From an uncultured cyanobacterium (GTDB lineage: Bacteria; Cyanobacteriota; Cyanobacteriia; Cyanobacteriales; CAWCAG01): a stretch of 64,000 nucleotides of DNA. The position numbers were made by a program, and so were the translations under genes. The stretch's first letter is position 1. Each line of letters begins with the position of its first letter. The stretch covers positions 320,001-384,000 of the forward strand of contig CAWDOD010000003.1 in NCBI GenBank assembly GCA_963803805.1, written 5' to 3'. A model generated the notes under the pieces. It was not told the origin of the DNA and did no database searches. It worked only from the letters and a program-made list of their open reading frames with translations. This document shows positions 51,296 through 60,501 of this stretch, piece after piece.

Positions 51296-52786
51296 ATGAT
51301 TCCTAACTCATCCTTTCCCTTTAAGGCCAACTCTGCTGACAATTTTGGTCAAAGCGAAAAAAGACCAGATAAACCAGAAGAAGCCTGTGGTGTTTTTGGC
51401 ATTTATGCCCCCGAACGGGACGTAGCCAAACTAACTTATTTTGGACTATATGCCCTGCAACACCGAGGTCAAGAATCCGCTGGAATAGCAACTTTTACTG
51501 AAGATAGAACCCTAATTCATAAAGATATGGGTTTGGTGTCCCAAGTGTTTAATGAGTCTATTTTAAGTACTATGCCGGGAAATCTAGCGGTGGGTCACAC
51601 CCGCTATTCCACAACAGGTTCTAGTTTAGCCTCAAATGCTCAGCCAGTAGTTGTAGAAACTAAAAAAGGGATGTTAGCCCTGGCCCACAATGGCAACTTA
51701 GTTAATGCAGCCCAATTAAAAGAAAAACTGAGTAGGAGAAATTGTAACTTCGCTAGTACCACAGACTCAGAAATGATTGCGATCGCGATCGCCGAAGAAG
51801 TAGACCGTGGTAAAGATTGGTTAGAATCAGCTATTAGTGCTTTTCAAATGTGTGAAGGAGCCTACAGTCTAACAATTGGTACTCCTGAAGGTTTAATGGG
51901 GGTTAGAGATCCCCATGGTATTCGTCCTTTAGTAATTGGTACATTAGGCAATAATCCTTGTCGCTACGTTCTTGCTTCAGAAACCTGTGGCTTAGATATT
52001 ATTGGGGCAGAATATCTCCGGGATGTAGAACCTGGGGAAGTAGTTTGGATTACTGAAGAAGGTATGGCTTCTTTCCACTGGGGACAAAAACCCCAAAGAA
52101 AACTCTGTATCTTTGAAATGATTTACTTCGCAAGGCCAGATAGCCTCGTTAACGAAGAAACTCTCTATAGTTACCGGATGCGTATCGGTAGACAATTAGC
52201 TCAAGAATCTCCTGTCGAAGCTGATATTGTTATCCCAGTTCCCGATTCTGGAGTTCCTGCGGCCATTGGTTATTCCCAGGAATCAGGTGTTTCTTTTGCT
52301 GAAGGATTAATCAAAAATCGCTACGTAGGCCGTACATTCATCCAGCCTACCCAAGAAATGAGAGAAGCTGGCATCCGCATGAAACTCAATCCCCTCAAAG
52401 ACGTTTTAGTGGGCAAGCGGGTAATTATTGTTGATGATTCTATTGTTCGTGGTACAACCAGCAAAAAAATTGTTAAAGCATTGCGCGAAGCTGGGGCTAA
52501 GGAAGTACATATGCGTATTTCTTCCCCCCCTGTTACCCATCCTTGCTTCTATGGTATAGATACCGATAGTCAAGACCAACTGATTGCGGCTACTAAGTCT
52601 GTAGCAGAAATAGAAGCACAAATTGGTGTAGATTCTTTAGCGTATTTAAGTTGGGAAGGTATGCTAAAAGCCACTGGAGAAGACCCCCAAAGCTTCTGTA
52701 CTGCTTGCTTTAATGGTGACTATCCCATCTCTATTCCTAACCAAGTGAAGCGTTCTAAATTGATTTTAGAGAAGCTGAAAGTGTAG
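51296..52786 (+). CDS. purF: Amidophosphoribosyltransferase
   Basis: EACGVFG, LQHRGQE and VDDSIVRGTT motifs. Confidence 0.98.
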   Translation: MIPNSSFPFKANSADNFGQSEKRPDKPEEACGVFGIYAPERDVAKLTYFGLYALQHRGQESAGIATFTEDRTLIHKDMGLVSQVFNESILSTMPGNLAVGHTRYSTTGSSLASNAQPVVVETKKGMLALAHNGNLVNAAQLKEKLSRRNCNFASTTDSEMIAIAIAEEVDRGKDWLESAISAFQMCEGAYSLTIGTPEGLMGVRDPHGIRPLVIGTLGNNPCRYVLASETCGLDIIGAEYLRDVEPGEVVWITEEGMASFHWGQKPQRKLCIFEMIYFARPDSLVNEETLYSYRMRIGRQLAQESPVEADIVIPVPDSGVPAAIGYSQESGVSFAEGLIKNRYVGRTFIQPTQEMREAGIRMKLNPLKDVLVGKRVIIVDDSIVRGTTSKKIVKALREAGAKEVHMRISSPPVTHPCFYGIDTDSQDQLIAATKSVAEIEAQIGVDSLAYLSWEGMLKATGEDPQSFCTACFNGDYPISIPNQVKRSKLILEKLKV

Positions 52787-52799
52787 TAGTGAATTGATT

Positions 52800-53030
52800 T
52801 TAGATTTGTTCACTTTTTGATGGCTGGTAATAGGCCAAAAAAGAAGGAAGAGAGTTAAGTTCTCTTCCTTCTTTTGTCTGGTTTTGTTGATTGTCTGAAC
52901 GCGCTTTTAACTTTTTCCGTAACATTTGCTGTCGCTTTTTCAGTTGGCGCTTTCTGGCTGCACCGCCTTTACCTTTATCATTGCGCCCTTGGCGGCGAGG
53001 TGATTCCCAGCTTTTAAGTCGCTCTACCAC
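52800..53030 (-). CDS. Small basic protein, candidate ArfA/BrfA-like ribosome rescue factor
   Basis: GTG start with a GAGGA SD; 18 K/R in the first 44 aa; KGKGG motif; intrinsic terminator inside the ORF. Confidence 0.65.
   Translation of the reverse strand: MVERLKSWESPRRQGRNDKGKGGAARKRQLKKRQQMLRKKLKARSDNQQNQTKEGRELNSLPSFLAYYQPSKSEQI
52837..52875. terminator. Bidirectional intrinsic terminator inside the 52800-53030 ORF
   Basis: Perfect 15-bp stem 52839-52853 / 52861-52875; U6 tract on the minus strand and U4 on the plus strand (after purF). Confidence 0.85.
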
Positions 53031-53092
53031 TATTATTTTTCCTCATACTTGCCTAGTACTATTTGTAGCATAATAATACTATTCAAACAAGT

Positions 53093-55669
53093 TTACTCTG
53101 GCGCTGTTATGGGAACTGGCGCTGGGGCTGGGGCTGGAACTGGTTTCGATTGTTTTTCAATTGTAGGAGGTGGAGCGGGGGCTGGGGCTGGAGCGGGGGC
53201 TGGGGCTGGAACTGGGGCTGGAACTGGGGCTGGAGCCGGCGCTGGTCTTGGTGCGGGTGCAGGTGCTGGAGCTGGCGCGGGTCTTGGTGCGGGTGCAGGG
53301 GCTGGAGCTGGTCTTGGTGCGGGTGCTGGAGCTGGAGCCGGCGCTGGTCTTGGTGCGGGTGCAGGGGCTGGAGCCGGTGCGGGTCTTGAACTACCTTGGT
53401 TGCTCCTACTATTACCGCTATTTCCTTGGCTAGGCTGAGAGCGACGTTTAGGTTGGGAATTGGAATTAGAACCAGAATTAGAAGTAGAGCGCCTACGGCT
53501 ATTACTAGAACCAGAGCTAGAACTTTTACGGCTTCTGCTTTGACTGCTTTTTTTGTAATACTGTTTTTTGGGCTTAATGGGTTTAGCTTTAATCGTACCT
53601 TCGCGGCCTTCCAATTTATCAGGAAGCTTAGGGAAATCTGCTTTAGGTAAATCTTCCACGGCTTCCCCCATAAATCTACTCCAGGTGGCTGCTGCAGTGC
53701 CGCTACTGGCGTAAGTAGATTTATTATCATCATTACCAAGCCAGACCCCAGCAACTAATTGAGGTATGTAGCCAATAAACCAAAGATCCTTTTCTTCATC
53801 AGAGGTTCCTGTTTTCCCAGCTACAGGTCGGTCTATTTGGGCTGGTGAAGCTGTACCATAAGTTACGACCCCTTGGAGCATCCAAGTCATGATAGCGGCG
53901 GTATCTTTGTCTAAAGCCCGTTCTTTTTTGAAGTCAGCTTTGTAAATCACCTCACCATTTTTATCAAGAATGCGATTAATACCACGGGGCGGAACGTGCA
54001 TTCCTTTGTTGGCTAGGGTTCCGTAGGCACTGGTTAATTCGAGGAGATTAACTTCAGAAGAACCTAGTGCCAAAGAATAGGTTGGTTTTAGTTTAGACTT
54101 GATACCCATTTTTTTGGCAATTTCGATGGTTGGCTCCCAACCCACATCAACCAAGGTGCGAACAGCCACAACATTAAGGGAATAGGCGAGAGCATCCTTG
54201 ATAGATACATAACTACCGCGATACTTATCATCGTAATTTTCAGGTTGGTAGCCAGCGACAACATAGGGTTGATCTAGAACACCTTTATAAGGAGAAAAAC
54301 CTGCGGCGATCGCCGTGGAATAAACAAAGGTTTTGAAGGTGGAACCGGGCTGTCTTTGGGCTTGGGTAACGCGATTAAATTGATTTTCGTCAAAGTCTTT
54401 CCCTCCCACCAAAGCCCTGATTTTCCCATTGCGGGGGTCAATGGCTACTAAAGCCGCTTGATCAAAACGTTGACTCTTACCTTGATTTTCTAGGGTTTTA
54501 GTAACGGTTTCTTCCGCTATTTGTTGCCATTCTGGGTTAAGAGTAGTTTCTACGGTTAAGCCCCCAACTTCGATTTGTTCTGAGGAGACGTATTTAGGCA
54601 ATTCTTTTTGGATATAACTGGTGAAGTAAGGGTATTTCCGATTGAGGCGTTTTGGTTCACTGTAGTCTGTTCTTAAACGAGAAGCGATGGCTTTTTCGGC
54701 TTCAGCTTCGGTAATAAAACCCTCTTTTTCCATTTGCCGCAAGACAACATTACGGCGCTCTTGGGCCAACTTTTTATTCTCTAAAGGAGAATAAGCTGTG
54801 GGTGCTGGGGCTAAAGCAGCGATGGTTGCTGCTTCAGGGAGGGTAACTTCGTCAATTTCTTTACTAAAATAAACCCAAGCAGCATCCCCAACACCATAGG
54901 CTCCCGAACCTAAATAAACTAGATTCAGGTAACGTTCCATAATTGTCCCTTTCTCGAATCTGCCTTCGATTTTATTCGCTAAGCGCATCTCTCGTAGCTT
55001 GCGCCAAATTTTCTGTTCTTGGTTGAGAAAGACAATACGGGCTAGTTGTTGGGTAATAGTACTTGCTCCTTGGACAACATCCCCAGATTGAAAGTTAGAA
55101 AAAGCCGCTCTCAAAACACCTTGAAAATCAACGCCATGATGTTTTTCAAAACGCCGATCTTCACTAGCGATAAAAGCTTGAACTACATCTTGAGGAATTT
55201 CTTCAATATCTAACTGATCATGGGTTGTGGGGCCAACTTCTTGCAATACACTACCGTCAGAAGCAGTGATTTTCAAGGTTCCTTCACGGGCATAGGTTAA
55301 AACATCATCAACAGAAGCAGGCAAACTTTTCTCAATTTTCCACCAACCCCAGCCCAAAAAGATTAAACCCGTAGTAAAACCGACACCAGCCCCTAAAGCT
55401 AACCAAAAACGGGGGCGATTTTGCCAGGGATGATCTCCAGTAAAGGGGCGAACTACTTTTGTTTTTAGTTCAGCAGCTTTGGTTTTAAATTTTTGGAAGT
55501 AATCTTTAACTGGTGTTTCTCCCTGCCTATTTGTTTCTGCTGCTAATTCTTGTTCCTCAGTCTTTGACGGGACATCACCAGATACGGCTTTCGGATCTGT
55601 GGATGTCGAGTTAGAAGGTTGCTTACTCGACATATTTTTTAATCTGAACCTAGAAATGAACTTTTGCAC
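53093..55669 (-). CDS. Class A penicillin-binding protein (PBP1A family) with Ser- and Pro/Ala-rich tail
   Basis: EDRRF.HHG, GASTITQQL, SxxK (GSTFK), SLN and KTG motifs. Confidence 0.93.
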   Translation of the reverse strand: MQKFISRFRLKNMSSKQPSNSTSTDPKAVSGDVPSKTEEQELAAETNRQGETPVKDYFQKFKTKAAELKTKVVRPFTGDHPWQNRPRFWLALGAGVGFTTGLIFLGWGWWKIEKSLPASVDDVLTYAREGTLKITASDGSVLQEVGPTTHDQLDIEEIPQDVVQAFIASEDRRFEKHHGVDFQGVLRAAFSNFQSGDVVQGASTITQQLARIVFLNQEQKIWRKLREMRLANKIEGRFEKGTIMERYLNLVYLGSGAYGVGDAAWVYFSKEIDEVTLPEAATIAALAPAPTAYSPLENKKLAQERRNVVLRQMEKEGFITEAEAEKAIASRLRTDYSEPKRLNRKYPYFTSYIQKELPKYVSSEQIEVGGLTVETTLNPEWQQIAEETVTKTLENQGKSQRFDQAALVAIDPRNGKIRALVGGKDFDENQFNRVTQAQRQPGSTFKTFVYSTAIAAGFSPYKGVLDQPYVVAGYQPENYDDKYRGSYVSIKDALAYSLNVVAVRTLVDVGWEPTIEIAKKMGIKSKLKPTYSLALGSSEVNLLELTSAYGTLANKGMHVPPRGINRILDKNGEVIYKADFKKERALDKDTAAIMTWMLQGVVTYGTASPAQIDRPVAGKTGTSDEEKDLWFIGYIPQLVAGVWLGNDDNKSTYASSGTAAATWSRFMGEAVEDLPKADFPKLPDKLEGREGTIKAKPIKPKKQYYKKSSQSRSRKSSSSGSSNSRRRSTSNSGSNSNSQPKRRSQPSQGNSGNSRSNQGSSRPAPAPAPAPAPRPAPAPAPAPAPRPAPAPAPAPRPAPAPAPAPAPRPAPAPAPVPAPVPAPAPAPAPAPAPPPTIEKQSKPVPAPAPAPVPITAPE
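53100..53385 (-). repeat. (PA)n / RPAPAPAPAP coding tandem repeat
   Basis: Repeated gctggtcttggtgcgggtgc units on the plus strand. Confidence 0.9.
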
Positions 55670-56082
55670 CTCAACTCCTCAGACAAACCACCAATGACCC
55701 TGACTTGATGTTTTTCTTTTTCTTAGTTTCTTTGTCTAGAAATACCACGATATTTCAAAAATAGTAACTTAAAATCTATTTTTACTGACTTTGAATTAAA
55801 TATGAAGTAGCAGAAAACACAGACAGTTTTTGGCTGAAGATGTTCCTGGCGAAGGGGCAAACTAGGTTTTTTTTGAATCTACTCAACAATCTGAAAAGAA
55901 TTAAAAAAGCCTTTAATGCTCTTAGGTCAGTATTGCTCTTTATCTGTAAATACTACTAATTGATCTAAACGCTCATTAAAGAAGAATACTCTATATAAAA
56001 AATAAGGTGGTAAAAAAAATTTCTTTTTCATGTTTCTTTGATTTTTCAAGTCGAAGGGCGCAACAACTGTTACGCCCGTTTC

Positions 56083-56472
56083 TTATTCCTGGACGACAGA
56101 AGCCTCGATTTGAGCTTCTTCCCAAAGTTTAAAGAGATAGAACTCAGCGTGATCACTCATGGTGCAGACGAAGATACCTTCCTCGCTTCCCGGCTCACTT
56201 ACTAACCAAGTGCCATTTAAGCTCACCTCAACACAGTCAGCATCACACAGAGAAAGAGTGACAGCATCCGGGTTTTCCTGCTCTACTATGGCTTCAAAAC
56301 GAACTAGCTGGGGTAAATCCGCCGGCAATAGAAAAGAAGCAGCGCTAGGCTCCACATAGAGGTTTGTAGCAGCCCTAAGAGCTAAAAGTACTCTTGTTAA
56401 TACCCACTCTTCTAAGGGTTGAGCCAAACGTTCTAAATAAAAACCGTTTTCAGTATAAGTTAGTTTCAGCAT
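56083..56472 (-). CDS. Alr0857-family hypothetical protein
   Basis: MLKLTYTE, RVLLALRA, EPSAASFLLP and GTW..EEGIFV motifs; lies downstream of the HNH gene. Confidence 0.8.
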   Translation of the reverse strand: MLKLTYTENGFYLERLAQPLEEWVLTRVLLALRAATNLYVEPSAASFLLPADLPQLVRFEAIVEQENPDAVTLSLCDADCVEVSLNGTWLVSEPGSEEGIFVCTMSDHAEFYLFKLWEEAQIEASVVQE

Positions 56473-56486
56473 TTATCATTATCCTG

Positions 56487-57017
56487 TTATTCCAGGTGTT
56501 TTTGCCGTTCCCAGAACTTCTCAGCAAAGGTGATTGCAGGGTGAAGGGGGGCTTTGGGTTTACTCTTGAGAATCAAGCCTGCTTCAGTGGGAGTGCGACT
56601 GCCTTTTTTAGAGTTACATCCCTCGCAGGCAGTTACTACATTGTCCCAAGTGTGTTTTCCGCCTTTTGAGCGAGGGATGACATGATCCAAGGTTAGTTTT
56701 TTGTTGCTGTCGCAGTACTGGCAGCTATGGCGATCACGCCGCAATACTTCTCGCCGATTTACTGGTGGGACTTTCCAAACCCTCTCTGCACCATTAATCG
56801 TTAAGCGAATGTGGGCAGGAACTTGGAAAATTGCCCTAGCTGAGCGGATTTCCCAAGTATTGCCAGCAAGAAAAGTTACTGGTTCTGCTTTACCTGTAAC
56901 CAAAAGAACAATGGCTCGCTTGATGTTAATGCGACTAATGGGTAGGTAGTTTTTAGAGAACACCACTACCGATTGGCTTAGTATGGCTGTTGGGTGAATT
57001 TCCGTTGTATTTGTCAC
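56487..57017 (-). CDS. HNH endonuclease (McrA-like)
   Basis: RD...CQYC, TLDHVIPRSKGG and NVVTACEGCNSKKG motifs. Confidence 0.93.
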   Translation of the reverse strand: MTNTTEIHPTAILSQSVVVFSKNYLPISRINIKRAIVLLVTGKAEPVTFLAGNTWEIRSARAIFQVPAHIRLTINGAERVWKVPPVNRREVLRRDRHSCQYCDSNKKLTLDHVIPRSKGGKHTWDNVVTACEGCNSKKGSRTPTEAGLILKSKPKAPLHPAITFAEKFWERQKHLE

Positions 57018-57061
57018 GGTTTTACCTCTTCAGTAATTGAAGCTTGGCAGGTAGTTTACAC

Positions 57062-57098
57062 ACAAAAACCCCCGCTTCTTGGCATTTGAGCGGGGGTT
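57062..57098 (-). terminator. Intrinsic terminator / attenuator upstream of the HNH gene
   Basis: Minus-strand RNA AACCCCCGCU-loop-AGCGGGGGUU followed by UUUGU. Confidence 0.8.
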
Positions 57099-57145
57099 GG
57101 AAAAACTTTTTCAGATTTTCTTTTATGTTTGGTACAGTTTTGGCT

Positions 57146-57385
57146 TCATGTCTGCCTGTACCTCCCGCTTCTTTGATTTAGTTTTGAATCTCGAATTTCT
57201 AAACTATGAATGCTTTCTAACCAATAATTTTCCTCGGTATTAGGTTGTTCTTGCTTGATTTCCAAGCTGCTTGTTAAAGCGGTGAAACAACCTATAAAGG
57301 CAAAATCCACTCCCATTCCTGCTAATTTCCTGGGGGGGAAATTGAAAGCAGGTTTGGCAGTGGAGATGGTAGAAAGAAGTTTCAC
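57146..57385 (-). CDS. 79-aa putative leader ORF of the HNH operon
   Basis: GTG start with an AAGGA SD; its 3' end duplicates the 3' arm of the downstream terminator. Confidence 0.55.
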   Translation of the reverse strand: MKLLSTISTAKPAFNFPPRKLAGMGVDFAFIGCFTALTSSLEIKQEQPNTEENYWLESIHSLEIRDSKLNQRSGRYRQT

Positions 57386-57423
57386 AGAATTCCTTGACTT
57401 AAATTACTCAAAGGGACTTTTTA

Positions 57424-57452
57424 ATACTACACTTGTATTACCCATATGTCCA
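57424..57452 (-). promoter_or_regulatory. Promoter TGGACA-17-TAGTAT overlapping a TrcR-type operator (GTAATACAAGTGTAGTAT)
   Basis: -35 at 57452-57447 and -10 at 57429-57424; the motif resembles the recalled TrcR operator. Confidence 0.65.
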
Positions 57453-57475
57453 CTATTTGGAAGGAGAAAATTTTT

Positions 57476-57811
57476 ATGCGTACCCTAACTCGCACTTCAA
57501 CAACTGATATGGAAGTTACTAGTATTCGCTTGGAGAGGGCGCTTAAGGACAAGTTGAAAGAACTTGCAGGCAATCAGGGATACCAAGCTTTGGTTAGGGA
57601 TATTCTCTGGAATTATGTCCAACTTAAGTCGGGAGAGTATCGTCCCCAATTTTCCCGTTCTGATATTCGAGCTAGCTTTGATGGGGTTGCCCAGAGAGAT
57701 GAATGCTGCGTACTAACAGGTAAGTTTATGTCCGAAGGGGAACCCATTTTACTCGGACTCACTATCAACGGTGACTTAGTTCCCTTAAGCCCAGAGAGCT
57801 TAGCTGGCTAG
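57476..57811 (+). CDS. trcR: Ribbon-helix-helix repressor TrcR (All0854-like)
   Basis: MEVTSIRLERALKDKLKE..GYQALVRDILW RHH; SD AAGGAG; divergent from the HNH/alr0857-like genes. Confidence 0.8.
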   Translation: MRTLTRTSTTDMEVTSIRLERALKDKLKELAGNQGYQALVRDILWNYVQLKSGEYRPQFSRSDIRASFDGVAQRDECCVLTGKFMSEGEPILLGLTINGDLVPLSPESLAG

Positions 57812-57820
57812 AAAATAAAA

Positions 57821-57848
57821 GGAGGGGCTATAATTATATAGCCTCTCC
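57821..57848. terminator. Terminator between convergent trcR and apcF
   Basis: GGAGGGGCTATA / TATAGCCTCTCC stem; the upstream A-run gives a U-tract on the minus strand. Confidence 0.7.
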
Positions 57849-57921
57849 CTCTGACAAAAATACTCAACCAAAAAAGCAAACCCTACACTGATTCAATGAA
57901 TATTGAACATTGATCACTGAG

Positions 57922-58431
57922 TTAAAGGTCTTTTTCCCCAAAGTCGCGGGTTAGATGCTCAAAAGGTTCATCAATAAATGATGTATCCTCTACACCAGCC
58001 TCTGCAACCATATTTTTAACCATGGTTTTAACAATCTGGATACCATAAACTGTTGGTCCGATGGGAACTCCTAAAGAATTATAGGTTTCTCTTAAACCCT
58101 GTAAGACTCGCTCATCAAGGATGTTGGTATCTCCAGCTATTAAGGCATAGCTAGCATAGCGCAAGTAATAGTCCATATCCCGCAAGCAAGCAGAATAGCG
58201 GCGAGTGGTATAAGCATTTCCTCCCGGACGAATTAATTCTGGTTGCTCTTCAAATAGTTGCAGTGCAGCTTCTTTGATAATAGAGGCAGCATTACCGCTA
58301 ATCAATTCTGCGGCTTTGATTCTTGCTTGACCTGATTCAAAGTATGATTTCAGGCTATCCATGGCATTGCGGTCAAAATAACGACCAGCAACATCATAAT
58401 TTTTAATTAAACTTGTGACGGCATCCCGCAT
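57922..58431 (-). CDS. apcF: Allophycocyanin beta-18 subunit
   Basis: MRDAVTSLI start and RPGGNAYTTRRYSACLRD; divergent from glnA. Confidence 0.95.
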   Translation of the reverse strand: MRDAVTSLIKNYDVAGRYFDRNAMDSLKSYFESGQARIKAAELISGNAASIIKEAALQLFEEQPELIRPGGNAYTTRRYSACLRDMDYYLRYASYALIAGDTNILDERVLQGLRETYNSLGVPIGPTVYGIQIVKTMVKNMVAEAGVEDTSFIDEPFEHLTRDFGEKDL

Positions 58432-58769
58432 TAAATTTTTTCTCCCAACAGCATTTTATTTATTCTTGGCTTAATATCAAGCCCGGTCGCTTTTCATTTA
58501 TCATCCCATTCAAGCTGCCTTGAGGAGATGGTATTCAACAAGAAAATTTACTATTGTGCGCCGGAGCTAAATAACTAATAACAAATTCACCTACCTGAGT
58601 TTAGGGAAGGCATATTGCAGAGTATCATCCCACGAGGCTCTTTGTTGACTAAAAGAGATTTTTTGATAAATTTTTTAAAATTACCTGGTGAAGCTGTTTA
58701 GTTTTTGTATAGCAAGTAACATATTTCTAATGTTCACAGATTTTCTCCAAGATGATAACTGGTATTTTT

Positions 58770-58811
58770 GTAGCAAAGAATACAAAACATCCCCAAACCT
58801 CTCTTTAGGAT
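58770..58811 (+). promoter_or_regulatory. NtcA-activated class II promoter of glnA
   Basis: GTAgcaaagaaTAC (58770-58783) flanked by T/A tracts; -10 TAGGAT lies 22 nt downstream. Confidence 0.9.
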
Positions 58812-58871
58812 GATTCGTGACCTTGATTGATATAGCAAAGACAATAAACTAAAGATACTGAGGAATAACCT

Positions 58872-60293
58872 ATGGCAGATACACCCCAAGAAGTCTTAAA
58901 AATGATTCAAGATGAAGATATCAAGATAATTGACTTGAAATTCATCGATATGCCTGGTATTTGGCAGCACTGTTCTTTTTTCCAAGATCAAATTGATGAA
59001 GCTGCATTTGTAGACGGTGTAGCCTTTGATGGTTCGAGTATTCGTGGTTGGAAAGCCATCAATAATTCTGACATGGCTATGGTTCCCGATCCTAAGACGG
59101 CTTGGATCGATCCATTTATGAAAGAAAAAACTCTAAGCATGATCTGTAGCATCATAGAACCTCGCACGGGTGAGATGTATGAGCGAGATCCTCGTTCCAT
59201 TGCCAAAAAAGCTCTTGAATATCTTACCTCTAGTGGCCTCGGTGATACGGCTTTTTTTGGCCCGGAAGCTGAGTTTTTTGTTTTTGACGATGTACGCTTT
59301 GACCAAGCGGAAAATAAAAGCTACTACTACGTAGACAGCGTTGAGGGACGTTGGAATACTGGTAGGGAAGAAGAAGGGGGCAACCTCGGTTACAAACCTG
59401 GCTACAAGCAAGGTTACTTCCCTGTTCCTCCTACCGATACTCTCCAGGATATGCGTACTGAAATGCTTTTAACCATGGGAGAGTGCGGTGTACCTATTGA
59501 GAAGCATCACCACGAGGTTGCTACTGGGGGACAAAACGAGTTAGGGATTAAGTTTGCTCCCATTGTTGAGTCTGCGGATTATTTAATGACTTATAAGTAT
59601 GTCATTAAAAACGTGGCGAAAAAGTATGGCAAAACCGTTACCTTTATGCCTAAGCCTCTGTTTAACGACAATGGTACTGGTATGCACTGTCACCAATCCA
59701 TTTGGAAAGGTGGAGAACCTTTATTTTGGGGAGATGGTTATGCTAATTTGAGCAAAATGGCTCTCAATTACATCGGTGGTATCCTCAAGCACGCCCCCGC
59801 CCTTTTAGCTTTTACTAACCCTACCACCAACTCCTACAAGCGTTTAGTACCTGGTTTTGAAGCCCCCGTTAACCTGGCTTATTCCCAAGGTAATCGTTCC
59901 GCTTCTGTTCGTATTCCTTTATCTGGATCTAACCCCAAAGCCAAGCGTTTAGAGTTCCGTTGTCCTGATGCTTCCAGCAATCCCTACTTAGCTTTTGCAG
60001 CAATGCTTTGTGCGGGAATTGATGGTATTAAAAATGAAATTGATCCAGGGGAACCCCTAGATGTGGATATCTACGAACTTAGTCCTGAAGAGTTGGCCAA
60101 AGTTCCTTCTACTCCTGGTTCATTAGAAGATGCTTTAGAAGCGTTAGAGGAAGACCATGCTTTCTTAACTGAAAGTGGTGTATTTACCGAAGACTTTATT
60201 AAGAACTGGATTGAGTTTAAGCTTTCTAATGAAGTTATTCCTCTTAAGCTGCGTCCCCATCCCTATGAGTTTTCCCTTTACTATGATGTTTAA
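58872..60293 (+). CDS. glnA: Glutamine synthetase type I
   Basis: [28 protein letters not shown] and RPHPYEF motifs. Confidence 0.99.
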   Translation: MADTPQEVLKMIQDEDIKIIDLKFIDMPGIWQHCSFFQDQIDEAAFVDGVAFDGSSIRGWKAINNSDMAMVPDPKTAWIDPFMKEKTLSMICSIIEPRTGEMYERDPRSIAKKALEYLTSSGLGDTAFFGPEAEFFVFDDVRFDQAENKSYYYVDSVEGRWNTGREEEGGNLGYKPGYKQGYFPVPPTDTLQDMRTEMLLTMGECGVPIEKHHHEVATGGQNELGIKFAPIVESADYLMTYKYVIKNVAKKYGKTVTFMPKPLFNDNGTGMHCHQSIWKGGEPLFWGDGYANLSKMALNYIGGILKHAPALLAFTNPTTNSYKRLVPGFEAPVNLAYSQGNRSASVRIPLSGSNPKAKRLEFRCPDASSNPYLAFAAMLCAGIDGIKNEIDPGEPLDVDIYELSPEELAKVPSTPGSLEDALEALEEDHAFLTESGVFTEDFIKNWIEFKLSNEVIPLKLRPHPYEFSLYYDV

Positions 60294-60331
60294 TTGCTAA
60301 TGGTTAATTGCTAGTAGCTAGTGGCGAAAAT

Positions 60332-60375
60332 AAAACTCTGTCTCAGATAAAATAAGCAGGAGACGGAGTTTTTTT
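60332..60375 (+). terminator. glnA intrinsic terminator
   Basis: AAAACTCTGTCTC ... GAGACGGAGTTTT followed by TTT. Confidence 0.8.
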
Positions 60376-60501
60376 GCTTTAAATGATTCCACTGGAGTAT
60401 TGTTATAAAATCTAGAAATCCAAGTTCTTTAATTCTACTTCCTACTCCCTATTCCCTATGTCCTTAAGTACTTAGCTGTTTGTAAATAAATCTGATTCTG
60501 T

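Noticed and set aside
53055-53082. GTACTATTTGTAGCAT upstream of the small basic ORF as a second TrcR operator
   Set aside because: Its half-site spacing differs by 2 nt from the motif at 57424-57441, so the match is too weak.
53100-53385. Tandem repeats as a possible CRISPR array
   Set aside because: There are no unique spacers, the repeats are in-frame coding sequence, and no cas genes are present.
53049-53754. Several overlapping ORFs (GAGAGA-, WSWCG- and LELVLV-rich)
   Set aside because: They are shadow frames of the PBP1A Pro-Ala repeat, which lacks stops in most frames.
56487-57017. HNH as a homing endonuclease, intron ORF or IscB/Cas9 relic
   Set aside because: There are no RuvC motifs, intron context or IS ends, and the context matches the TrcR-linked locus.
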